Below, one piece after another: positions 14,589 to 26,280 of a stretch of 64,000 nt of DNA. Position 1 is the first letter of the stretch, and the number at the start of each line of letters is the position of its first letter. A program made the position numbers and the translations under genes. The DNA is from Lingula anatina. Lineage: Eukaryota > Animalia > Brachiopoda. The stretch is from NCBI GenBank assembly GCA_051362555.1, contig CM120646.1, positions 3,100,001-3,164,000 on the forward strand, in the 5' to 3' direction. Below the pieces are notes generated by a model. The model was given only the letters and a program-made list of their open reading frames with translations, was not told the DNA's origin and ran no database searches.

Positions 14589-14820
14589 AGCAAAAAGGTT
14601 CATTAGCTTGGTTGTTGGATAAATATGAAAATTCTCAGACACAAGCCTAAAATTTTCCGTACCGTTAGCTTACGGCCAACCTGGTCGAAGGCCTTCATCA
14701 GACTGACGGTCAGTGAGTGTGAACAACTACTCACGTCAGTCTGATGAAGGCCTTCGACCAGGTTGGCCGTAAGCTAACGGTACGGAAAATTTTAGGCTTG
14801 TGTCTGAGAATTTTCATATT
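14589..14820. mobile_element. Penelope-like retroelement remnant: perfect 89-bp inverted repeat with 14-bp target-site duplication
   Basis: Arms 14620-14708 and 14734-14822 are exact reverse complements around a 25-nt loop. TAACCCTATAGTTG flanks the insert at 14575-14588 and 14821-14834. Each arm carries a hammerhead-like core, as in Penelope pseudo-LTRs. Confidence 0.65.
14737..14781 (+). ncRNA. Degenerate minimal (type I) hammerhead ribozyme motif, mirrored on the - strand in the left arm
   Basis: CTGATGA (14741-14747), A, stem II GGCC...GGCC, then GTAA (14769-14772) where GAAA is expected, then a short AGCT palindrome. Confidence 0.45.
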
Positions 14821-15064
14821 TAACCCTATAGTTGTTGTAACTATAGTCGTTGTAACATTTGTACCAGTACTAGACTGATGGTCCTCAAGAGACCAAGGTA
14901 ATAAATAAATGAAATGAAATGTCATACATGTATCACCATTCATAGTTGATGTTCTGAATACAAGTCAAACATTACTAGGCACATCAATAATCCCTTACTT
15001 GATTAGAAATGTAGATTCTATTAGACTACCTTGTTTACCATCCTAGAAACAATTAAGGGAAGGG

Positions 15065-15125
15065 TTTATTTGCATTCAAACATCAAAGCAGATATAATGT
15101 TACATCATTGACCGGAAGAGAGTGC
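15065..15125 (+). promoter_or_regulatory. Upstream block shared by both CTHRC1-like paralogs (octamer ATTTGCAT, TCF-like ACATCAAAG, ETS-like CCGGAAG)
   Basis: Aligns to 27428-27487. Motifs at 15068-15075, 15080-15088 and 15112-15118. Confidence 0.35.
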
Positions 15126-15883
15126 TTCACAGGTACATAGTGTACCCTGCGAGGCAAGGTGAGTGCTCAGCACTTTGCTTTTCAACTTTCGGTGCCATGT
15201 GTTTTCATTAACATGTTTTAGGTCGCTCAGTGTTCCGATAAGCCACGTAAACAGATGTATTCAAGTCTACTGGGTTATAATTATTTTGGTTGCAGGCCCG
15301 TAGCCGGATATTTCAAAAGGGGGTTCTTTTTCTAAAAACGTGGACCCTTTACATGTGCCATGAAACCCTTGTGTGCCTATATCAAATTTTACCCAAAGGG
15401 AACCTTTTTCCGGCAAAAGAGGGGTTCATTCTACCCCCCCCCCCCCAAAGAAAAAATTATCAAACCATGCCGTCGAAAAATCTGCTTCAACTTCGCACTC
15501 ACGGCTCCATTCCCGTGTACCGGTACTTCCAGCTAAAAATCACCAGGCAGCTTCACGTCTTACACCATTCGACGTCACTTCCTGTCTCCTCCTGTACCTT
15601 TTATTCTAGTCCCAGTTACTGTTATAAACTAATTGAAATCATCTGTATTGTGTCAGCCATTGGAGAATTCCTCAGGGAGGCACAAGGGTCGCAGCTCAGT
15701 GTAAAGAGGGCACTGATTAAAGCACGCGTATATTTAGCAGTGCCAATCAATCGTCCGTTACTCAGGGTAATAATATTATGATTGCCATATCGTGATTTCT
15801 CTCGGATTGAAAAATCGATTATTGTCAATGCAGAGGTACATACACTTGTGATAGTAATTGGACGCAATCCCATTTTGTTAATT

Positions 15884-16011
15884 GACATTTTCCACCTAAG
15901 TGCTCTTGTTATATGCCTGGCGACTTAGAAATCTTTGCATAACAAGCTCACACACGGTACGGGGAGTGGAAGCTTTGGTCGAAAATACAAGGATTCCTTT
16001 TGCACATCAAG
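15884..16011 (+). other. Probable non-coding 5' exon of CTHRC1-like gene A
   Basis: Aligns with 27624-27750, and both end in AAG|GTAAGT. The ATG exon has its own acceptor (ttacag|, exon from 16658). Start approximate. Confidence 0.65.
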
Positions 16012-16672
16012 GTAAGTGACTATATAGCCCAAATGTATTGAAATGTTGTATTTTAATTTTTATTTATTTACCTATGCATGTTTAAATTCACCTACTAATT
16101 TATTCATTTACCTATTAATAGAGTGTACGTGAAATGTATCTTGTTTTTTTTTTTGTATTTTTATTTTCAGTGTAGGTTGATTAAATCAAGACACACAACG
16201 TACGTAAATTATAGACTGATAACTGTATTTATCCTTTTAAGCCGGTGCCAACCAAGAAAAATAAAAAATCAAAGCAGTGCAATATGCAGAAAAAATGTAG
16301 TGTAATATTTACACTTCATTTCAAGGTGAAAAGTTTAAGGAACAAATGAAATTGATAACCGAGAGATCGAATAATGTCCCCCACCATTCATTTACTATTT
16401 GTGTAATCAATATACATTCACATACAGTGTTAACACAATCAAATGTTCTATTTATTCATGAGCTCTTTTGTTAACTTATTTTTGAATTTATGAATTTAAT
16501 TAACTAATTAATTCAGTCAGTCACCGATGTAATCATTTACATGTATTTATTTATTCATTCACTGTTTTGGTTTTCTTATTTACATCAATTTAAATGAAGG
16601 AACTCGTTACCTATAGTTTATAAGGTTATCCAATCGCAAGTTTTTATTTAATTACAGAAATACACAAGAACC

Positions 16673-19600
16673 ATGGCCAGTGTGCTAAAGATTTCCTTGG
16701 CACTGTTGCTTCCCTTGGTGGCACACGCCAACATCGAGTATGCAACAACTCACGAGATGGAAGAGTTTGCAAAGTTTACAGAGCCAGTGGATCTGGCCGG
16801 CTTTAACAACGACAGCTGCTCTGCGTCCGGCACTGAAGATAACGTCGTTTGTCAGGTAAGAGTTGAGACTCGCAATTGCAGCGCTATGTATAGCTTTTGA
16901 CAATAGATTTCACATTATCATCTGCAAAAAAAGTTTTAGACCTGTCTAATTACATTAATTTATCGTATATATTGATTACTTCCACCGTTGGCAATTTAAA
17001 TATTTCATTACTACCTATAAGCTTCTCCGTCAAAACAGCATTTTTTTTCTTGTGCAATTGTTAAGATATTGAAATCCTATCTTTTAATTAACTTTTTTTG
17101 TGGTTGGTTTTTATTCGCTCGATAGTAATTAGAGTAGTTTGTATGAATATCTGAATTAACTTAAAATAAGCATATATACCCAAGATCCTGACGTTAACAG
17201 GTTTTGAAAATTTTCTCTTTATACATATATATATTTCTTTCACCGTTGGCGACTTAAACATTTCGTTACCAGGTAAGCTTTTAAAAACAAAACAGCATGT
17301 TTTTCACTTGTGCTTTTGTTTAATATTGAATTCCGATATTTTTATCAGCTGCAGTTTTTGTCGTTTACCTTGTTTGTTTAATACGCTCGATAGTAATTTA
17401 GTAGTTTGTCTGAATATCAAATTAAACCAAAGAGAACCATGGATGCCTGATGGCATGGTGTCGACAGTTCAAAGAGGAAAATTGTATGATAAATCTATAG
17501 TTCACCTCGAGCTGTAAAGCTTCCTGAAACAAAAGAAAAAAGTTTGCAATTGGTGTTTATTGATCTACTAGCTGTTTCTACCTTTATTCTTTTAATTGAT
17601 TATTGGGTATTATAAGGTTATTGAATCAATAATTCCATCTTTCTCCTTTTAATTGATTAATAGGTAAATTTAGATTATTGATCTTATGTTTCCACCGTTC
17701 TTCGTTTCACTGCTTATAAGGTATTCTTACATTGTTTGACGTGCCTTCATCCGGAGACGAAGGTAGAGAGATTTTATAGAATCGGCTGCCTATTAGCCCA
17801 TTAGAACTGAAGCTACATGTAGTACTGATATCTAGAAAAGACACCAGAACAATTTTACTTTAATAGTATTTCAACTAATATTACATTTCACTTTCATCAT
17901 GAAAGTCAGATTAATTATAGTCTTATAATGCATATCTTAATATTCGGTTTAGATTTACTCCATAAATTGTGGTCTTAATCTTTTATTCAGTTTTTTTCCA
18001 CTAAGATCTAAATTATTTTTTACTTATAATGCAACGGTGCTGAAACACATACATGCATATAAATACAAGCAGCATAATGAGGGCTGTTCTGAGGCAACCA
18101 AGAGACAAGAGATAACTCGTCTTTTTAAAAAAGTAATTGAGCCGTCTGATATCATTGTTTGTTTTTTTAAACTTGAAATGCATCGTAGTCTATTTGCCCA
18201 ACGTAGAATATTCGTAAGTGGAACTTTGAATCATTGTCGTTATTTCAACTCATCATCTACTTCACATCTAATAAATCTCACCTTTTTCACGTGAAGCTTT
18301 CTTCATATTCAGGGGAGTCATTCAGCAACATATACACTGCTAATCACCCCATGTTGGTCAAAATCTAAGGCCATCCGCCTCCCTCACCGACCTCGTTATC
18401 TCACTGTCTGTCTGTCCATCCGTCCGTCCGTCTGTCTGTGTGTCTGTCTGTTTGTCCGTGTGGCTTTAAACAGTTTTGGTGAATGTAACTAAAAGCTTAC
18501 ACATTTACACGTGGTCTTTTACTTAATTTTTTTGTATTCCCAGATGAATTCGACAAGCTTTGGTAACTGTCAACGTCAGTGTCACCGCAATGTCCACAGA
18601 TGTCAAACAGCCAAGTACTCTGCCAACAGCAACAAATGTACAGTCTACCTGGACAATACCACACGTAGGTACCGATAGACTTATAAAAACAAGAGAAGCG
18701 ATGATGAAGTGATAGATTTAAAAAAAAAGTGTCAGTCATCCAGCTGATGTAAAACCCCCTTTACACTGGACGGCGTCCTTTCTGCGTCCTTTGTGCGAAC
18801 ATGAAACTGGCCAGGACGCCGTTGGACGCTCAAAGAACGCACAGTGATCGCCAAGGTTGCACAAAGAACGTTCAAGCATCGCCGAGGACGCCATGGACGC
18901 AGCGAAGTTTTGAGCATGTTCAAAACAACCGTAGAGAGAACGCGATGGAGGATGGTCGCTCAATGGACGCAGAAAGGACGCAAAAGCATCGCCGTGGTCG
19001 CAGAGAGGACGCACAAGCATCGCCGCGGTCGTAGAAAGGAGGCACAAGCATCGCTTTGGTTGCAGAATGAAAACTCAAAGATCGTCCAGTGTTCGGCACG
19101 TAGAACATTATTTTTTTCACTCTCAAACGGGGCCGTGCTGAGGTATTTTTCACCAGACAGGAATTCTAAGGGCAACAGTTGTCTTATATCAGCCTCCGAT
19201 TGTTTTTCCCCTAAAATTCAAGAAACGATCAATTTTTTTGAGGTTATTATAAAACGAATATTTTGCCTTTTTTACACGATGCATTAATTGTCAGAACTTT
19301 TTGCAGAACGCGTCATTTGAAAACGGATTCAAATATTCTATGTTGTGTCAGTCACACTTTCTCGTTTCGGCGCCTGTCCATCCTTCTTATAAGGATAACA
19401 ATGAGCATCTGGCTGATTATCAGTCCATGCAGATCTTGCATCACTATAGTTTAAAGCGTTTATTACCATTTATTTGTTTTGTGTGCTGGAAATGTGCTTA
19501 ATTGGAAGGCCTGGTTAGAACCGATGAAAAAATATGAGTTAGAATATATAGAGATGAACGCCCAAACAACGCTCATCGGTCAAGCAGGATGCAGAATGAT

Positions 19601-22600
19601 CGTAAAATAGACGCCACTGATCGCCGATGAAGGTACAGAGAGCGCAGCAAGAATGGTCAAAGGTCGCTCAAACATCGCAATGGACGCCTTGGTTTGCACA
19701 GGGGACGTACAGTGGAGGCAGGCAGGTTGCTCGCAGTTTTACAGGTAAAATCAAGATTCGGTCGTTCAAAGGACGCACAAGGGACGCAGACGCCTTTACA
19801 CCGAGACACGATTTAATTTCTTTGGCGACCGTTGAGCGTCCTGACCACATTTTTGAACGCAGAAGGGACGCAGAAAGGACGCCGTCCAGTGTAAAGGGGC
19901 CCTAAATAAATATATTGCATCTTCTTACAGTGCATAAGTGAATTTGCAAATACATGTAGTTTGAATTAAAAAAAGTGCTAAAAAGCAGTGGAGACAAAAT
20001 ACATGTATATCGAATAAATTTCTGTTATGTAAATCTTTGCGGTCAAGTCCGCTGGTCAGTCTGACCTACTGTCGGAGAGTAACCGCCTCGGTTATTATAG
20101 GATGCCTAATTAACTGACCCCACTGACCAAGTTATGACTTTGGCGATCTCAAGAACTCCCTCTTTAGTCAGAATTGATCTCCACACCTTTGTTGTTTGTT
20201 TTCACTTCCACTTGGCTATACCTGAAATAATCGCATTACGACACATTTATAAGTTTGTGTAGATATCTTCCAAATGTATGATATGTATGATTACGAAATC
20301 ATATATTATTATTATTATTATATCTTAGGAGGCTGCGATAACTTGGGGGTCACCAATCTAAGGCAGTACACTCGCAGATATGGAGATGGCAGATCAAGCG
20401 GGGAAAGCTGGGTGAGTGAAAGCGGTGTTCAATCAGATACATGTACAGACAACAGATGAATACCGATTTTCGATGTGAATTTGACCCCCGCCTCCCCCTC
20501 CCCCCCAACAATATAGTAGTAAGGCACACATAGAGAGTAAAGATCAATGCCCATTACTAATTGATCGGTCAATCGATGATCACTGCAATCTAACTGATTA
20601 TACGTCAGCTATTTTCGACCTTACGACATTGATTTACCAAAATCCGTCCATTAATTTTCGAGTTAGCTTAGTAACTAATAAACCAACAAAGTCAAAAAAA
20701 CTTTGTCAGGTCATTTTATGCCACTCACTAGCGCGCACGTGTGCTGAACAAAAAGCTCAGAATGAGTTTTTCTTTTCACTCGAAATAAAAATAAAAGATA
20801 AACCAAGGTTGTGTGAGTGAACACACAAACACACACGCGCGAGCGCGCACGCACACGTACGTATATCTATCTAAAAAGCCCATGGTCCTCCAATCTAAAT
20901 TCGTTGCCAACGAAGTCATTAAAAGCTTCCGTACGTGCTTTTTAAATAACACGTTTTCTTTACAAATCAAAAGATTCATAATTTTGATTATAAATGATAA
21001 AATTGATAAAATACGTTACAATGGATATCAATCGCTAGCTAAGTTTTATAGGTAGGCTATAGGTATATACCGCCTCAATTTCTTCCTCTTTGTCTTTCAG
21101 GGGGTCACATACACAAAGCTATACGACTTTACCGGACTCCGTGTGCGATTTGCAGGCAACTTGCGGGTTAGTTCGGGCGTTAACAATCATGCAGCCCGAT
21201 TTTACGTTAAGTTCAACGGGCAAGAATGCTCAAACCCGGCTACCATTGAATACGTTGGCAAAAACGACGGCAACCGCAGGGATGAACTGAAACATGATGA
21301 ATGTAAGTACAATTGCTCTATTAGTACAGCAAATTGTTGGTTCCTTCATTACACACACAGAAACGGGAAAAAAACGTTACTGTATAGAGTAGCTGTCACT
21401 ACTGGCTTTTGTATTAAAAGCTGAAATGTGTGAAGAATAACATAAAATATGCCATGCCTAAATAAATAGATGAGTAAATGAGTAACTAAATACATGAAAA
21501 AACAGATATGTAATTGAAATGAGATAAACCATTGTCACCATCGGAAAAGATATGAACATTCACTGCATGATTATCAACCATTCTAGTTGAAGGGATCTGC
21601 GAGGGTTTGGCGGCCGGAAGTATAAACATTGGAATATACACAGGAAACGTACCGGGTTATAGTGTTAGCGGTGCGCACATTGGTTGGGACACAGCCAATA
21701 GGATTTTAGTGGAGGAGGTCGACACAAGACCCGTCCAAGGTAATTTTAATCTTATTAATTCTTAGGATTTTATCTCGCCCTCTTTTTGTAAGGTCTTTTG
21801 GGATACTTCATCTGGCATAATTATTAAACATGCGTGTATGGCTATGTTAATGCAAGTACACCATTTCCCAAACCTACCGAGACATGTATGTCCTACTATA
21901 AGCAAAACAGAAACAATTTTTCTGATAACAATGAACTTAATGTAGCACATTGTTTACTGGGTAGAGCTTAAATTTAGATTTCTGTTAAGTTAGAAGTGAT
22001 ATATTTCTGTAAAAGAGGTTTGCGTAATCATTTTAGCTCCCTGCGCACTTCTAAGTCTGTACAACGTCAAACAATACGTGTTCCCGAGTTTCACGCATGA
22101 GCAGGATAATGGCGTTATTCCTGGATTGGTAAGTGCCCCCCTCTCTCTCTCTCTCTCTTACATACACACATTTCCATTACCCATTTTCAAGGCATCAACA
22201 AACACACCCTTCAGAGCATACAAAAATTAAGAATATTCGTCGTTTTTTATGATACCCACAGACAGACGCGCGCTCATGTACATCACTACAAAGGCACCAG
22301 CAAAGACACGCTCAAAAACATACGACTCGACAAAATTATTTTTTTTAGTACACGTGTACTCAAAGACACGTTTGGAGTCAATCTCACATCTTCTTCATTC
22401 TACGCTGTCGCCATTGGCTGTGAACTACAAATTAACATTACCAAACTGTTACATCTATTTCAACAAATATTAAAATCAATTTAACTTTTCTAGGATGTTT
22501 CCTACGAGAAAGTCGCCTCAGACAGCGCACTCCGGGTAAAGTGGTTTGGGGTACTGAGAGGCTATCAGGGAAATTATTGCCGCCGGTGGTTCTTTACTTT

Positions 22601-25435
22601 CAATGGAGTGGAGTGCACCTCTCCCTTCCCACTCGATGGTGCAGTGGGGTTCCTGCACGGTAACGACGCGTCCCCACAGTATATGTTTCGAACAAGTAAG
22701 TTTAAATGGGCAAGCTCTGTAATGCCTGAAACTAAAATAGTCGCTGCCTATAAGGGCGATAACATGAACGATAATTGATATTATAAGATGAAAATTAATA
22801 AAATAATAACATGTATTCCGATTTTCAAAAAAAAAAAAAAAAAAAAATTAAGTTCGTTTTGTGAGACCGGTCCCTTTGACTCCACTATATTTCAATATAT
22901 AAATATTTTTAAAAAATGTGTATTTCAGTTGAAGGTATATGCGAGGGTTTGGGGAAAGGACCGTACACTATTCAGTTCAATGTTGGAGCCTGTCCTACCA
23001 GCTCCTTCTCACACCATAATGCGTACACTGGGTTTTCTAACACTGTTTCCCGCATCATAGTGGAAGAAGTCCGATTAGGAAGAGGGGAAAATCAAGGTTT
23101 GTAAATGTATTACAGTTGTTAATACTTGTATTTGTATAATAACATTGCAGACGATCTATCCAATGATATAAATGTTCTTAAGGTAGGACTGCAAGTTGGA
23201 GATTTTAGCTTTTAAGATTATTTCTTTTATTTGAACTCACATAATTGAAAACATCCAACTTTTTGGTTGCTTTAATTTTTTTAAAACTTATTTTGTTATG
23301 ATAGATATATAATTTTAATTGCTTTCAATAATACAGCAATGATATATCGCTTGAATATGCGTCATACTCCCGCTGGTTTCAGGGCTTGATAATTTTCCAA
23401 TGGTATATTTTATTTGTTACATCTGATTTTTTCACAACAGTAATTATGCAGCTTGTCAAAAATAGTATTATCATATATAAAAAAGACGCATGACAATCAC
23501 AATGTTTCCGTATATTACAGTGATACTGAACGAAGGGTATAAGCTGACCAACTCTGTGTTTAACGTACATCATTGGAACTGGTATGCCGTGGACAGCACC
23601 GACAACAACGCAGAAATTAAGGTGCGTTTCTGTTTGTTTATTTTTGCTTCGCATCTCAATGGAATTCGTGTACTTCGAAGCATGTTGTTTATTTAAGAAG
23701 TTTATAGTTTTCATCTCATAGGCATGGTATATATATAAATATAGAGCTTTTTTTCCTTTTAAAGTTAAACCCTCATTTTGTATTCGGTTATTGTCGGGTT
23801 TATACATACAGTATATGCGTCATATTTGTCTGTATGTGCAGCATTCTATGATTTGTTTTAGAATTATTTTTTGTTTCTCGTTTCTCGGAGAAGACTACAC
23901 AGCTGTGGGATCGAAACCAGCGGTATCTGAAGTGAAAATAATAAAATCCTTTGAAATTTTTTCAGAGGTTCAACTACATCAAGATGAGTAGCAGTACCAT
24001 CCTTCGCGTAACCTTTAACGGCGTGATTCGACCTGCAACGTGAGTAATAAGTATACACGTGCATTTTGAAATAAATTCAAATCCAGTGTCTGAGTGGGGG
24101 TGGGGGTGGGACAATAGCTCCTATATCAGATATTTTTAAAAGAATAAATATTTGAAATATGCATGTGGTATTTTAGCCTTTACCCTTTTTCCAGTCCAGT
24201 AGATTTTAGTCTTCACTCAGCGTCAAAATTAGTACCATACCACATTTGGAGCAGATTACATTCCTGCACAAGACAAGAAATGAGAATTGAACTTTCTGGG
24301 GTCTTAGAGTCAATAGAATCCATACTCCCTCATCCTCCAAAATCTGTCTGTAGCGTTTTTCCAACTATAAGCTAAACCCTAATTTGGGGGGAAATGCCTG
24401 TAGCCAGCACCCAAGGCATTTTTCCCAACATGCTGATACATATTATTATTCATTATTATTATTCATTATTCTCGTCTGTGTATCATTTCATTAGTAATAT
24501 CAGAAGAACATGCATTTATCGCAGAATGTGGTTCTAGGCTCTTTGACACATGTATAAAGAAAGGAGGAGCTGATTTTTAAAAACCCAATCCGCCAACCAT
24601 CTCCCAGTTTTTGAAGTATTTACAAAAAGACTTAAAAGTGAGTGCATGCAAGCACCTGTTGTCCTCAGCTTGTGTCTCCTCTCCTCCTTTGGAAGGATGT
24701 GGGTAATCATGCATTCACCATTTTGTCCTATCAATATGGTCCATAATCGTACGATTGTGACCCATCTCTGGTATTCATTATAAATGGCAGCAGAATTAAT
24801 GGCGATATGTTAAGTCAAAATATTAATTTACGTTTTACTTTCGTTTTTTTTTTCGTTTACCAGTAATTTACGTTTTTTTTTCTGTAGGTCTCGCGGGCAC
24901 TGTGCACGGTGGTTCTTCAAGTTTAACAATAACTTGTGCTCCAACCCTGCCACAATTGAAGGAGAGTGGTACGAAAACAGCAGCGATTATGCTGAATTGG
25001 ACAAAAGGGTCCCGACATCAGGTAAATGACGGCATGTAGAAAATGTGGTAAATGGACTTGCGCAAAACAAGCACCGGAAGTTTAAAAAGAACTTGGGCTC
25101 CAACCATCTTCCGTGGGTTATCGTACTTATTTATTTATTTACAAGTAGTTATTTTTGGTGTTTTTGTATATGGTATGTTGTATGCCTAAATGTCTGTGCA
25201 ATCCACATTTACGTACAAGTCCAAAAATGGAAAACTTTATACTATATCACTATTAGATTTCATGAATGTTTTATTTCTTACAGTAAGCGGAATGTGCAAG
25301 GGCCTGAACGCAGGAAGCGTGTTGGTCACATTCAACATTGGTCAGTGTAATTCTGGCCACGGGCTTCACAGCACCTATACCGGCTGGATGACCAGGATGA
25401 CCATCATAGTGGAGGAAGTTCACGCCGAAGCTTAA
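16673..25435 (+). CDS. Gene A: secreted protein, signal peptide + PAN/apple-like domain + 3 tandem CTHRC1-type C-terminal domains, no collagen repeat (554 aa)
   Basis: Exons 16673-16855, 18544-18664, 20329-20411, 21101-21302, 21587-21739, 22037-22128, 22494-22695, 22929-23096, 23521-23621, 23966-24039, 24888-25021, 25284-25435. All introns GT-AG with compatible phases; 1665 nt open to TAA. Motifs SALRVKWFGVLR..CRRWFFTFNGVECTSPFPLDG..IEGICEGLG..VGAC..AYTG..VSRIIVEEV match the CTHRC1 C-terminal domain. CQRQC..RCQTAKYSANSNKCTVY fits a PAN domain. N-terminus is hydrophobic. Confidence 0.9.
18753..19902. mobile_element. Non-autonomous PIF/Harbinger-like element in gene A intron
   Basis: TIR core CCCCTTTACACTGGACGGCGTCCTTTCTGCGTCC is inverted at both ends, with TAA on each side (18750-52, 19903-05). 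Internal GGACGC repeats, no transposase. Absent from the 153-bp equivalent intron of gene B. Confidence 0.85.
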
Positions 25436-25741
25436 ATATCTTAGGATTTGCTGAACACTTACTGACCAACATTTTGAGTCCTTATGCCTATACTCCTAGT
25501 ACACGTTTAACCACATGATATAAGCTAATTAAATGACCACCATTAAGGGTCTGGATGTTCTCCTTTTTATTGCATGTGTATAGCGTGCGCTGGCGTTAAT
25601 AGTATATGTGACAGATGTGTAATGATAATGCCTTAAACTACTAAGACTTATATGTCGTGCATATTTGTCTTGAAATGTTAGCGTACATTTTGCTGTAAAT
25701 ACTGTGCCGCAGGGAGCGTCAGATGGCGACTTTCAAAATTA

Positions 25742-26280
25742 AAGCCTAGATTACATTTGCCTAAAGATGTCCTTGCACTCCTCCTGTAATGTTTCTTTTT
25801 CGTGCGGTGTCCGGCGGAGGCAGGTTGTGGTCATGCAAATCCGTACAGATTCGCAGCCCCCGCATATGATTTTGTCAAGCTTAAGCTTTTGGCTAATTTT
25901 GAAAATCGATAGACTGTAGGGCGTAGCGTTATCGTAGATGGCATTGCACAGTTCCCTCATTGTTTGGTGGACTTGCGGTGATCGTGATAATGGCTGAACC
26001 TGTTGTTGATCGCTTTCCCTTCCACCTTTGGTGATTTTAGGAGGCAAAATAATAGTAAAGATGTTTTAAAAGTAGTGTAATTCAATTGCATGAATTCGAA
26101 GTTGTTTGTTTTCTTATTCAAAGAAGTGTACGTACGGACCTGCACCAACAGCTTATCGATCTGCACGGAAGGCGTACAGTAACTCCACTGACACTGCATA
26201 CTTACGGTGTCATAAAAAACGAACAGAAAATCGTTAACCAAACCATCGTGCGGCGCCCGTCGCAAATGTAGTCTAGGCTT
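25742..26280. mobile_element. MITE downstream of gene A
   Basis: TIRs AAGCCTAGATTACATTTGC and GCAAATGTAGTCTAGGCTT, flanked by TA on both sides. Absent downstream of gene B. Confidence 0.75.

Larger units (their letters stand above)
13860..14920 (+). mobile_element. 5'-truncated LINE 3' end (RTEX/L2-like ORF2 C-terminal CCHC region plus 3' UTR)
   Basis: ORF 14102-14398 contains RLSSHKLAIETGRY...RKCSYC..VEDEFHFILGC..Y..LR, typical of non-LTR ORF2 C-termini. The 3' end has a tggtc-loop-gacca stem-loop, AATAAA and a (TGAAA)n tail at ~14878-14920. 5' boundary approximate. Confidence 0.85.

Noticed and set aside
17721-17762. Conserved block in the first coding intron resembling a small exon (paralog ~28994-29036, could read IVRRASIKRR)
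   Set aside because: Lengths differ (42 vs 43 nt); in gene A the alternative acceptor is lost and that frame has a stop. The flanking exons already join in phase and the whole intron aligns.
18732-19905. Cluster of overlapping ORFs on both strands
   Set aside because: All lie within the GC-rich non-autonomous Harbinger-like element and show no transposase motifs.
23900-23930. tRNA B-box-like GGTTTCGATCCC on the - strand (similar weak trace ~11560-11610)
   Set aside because: No cloverleaf or A box; at most a decayed SINE fragment.
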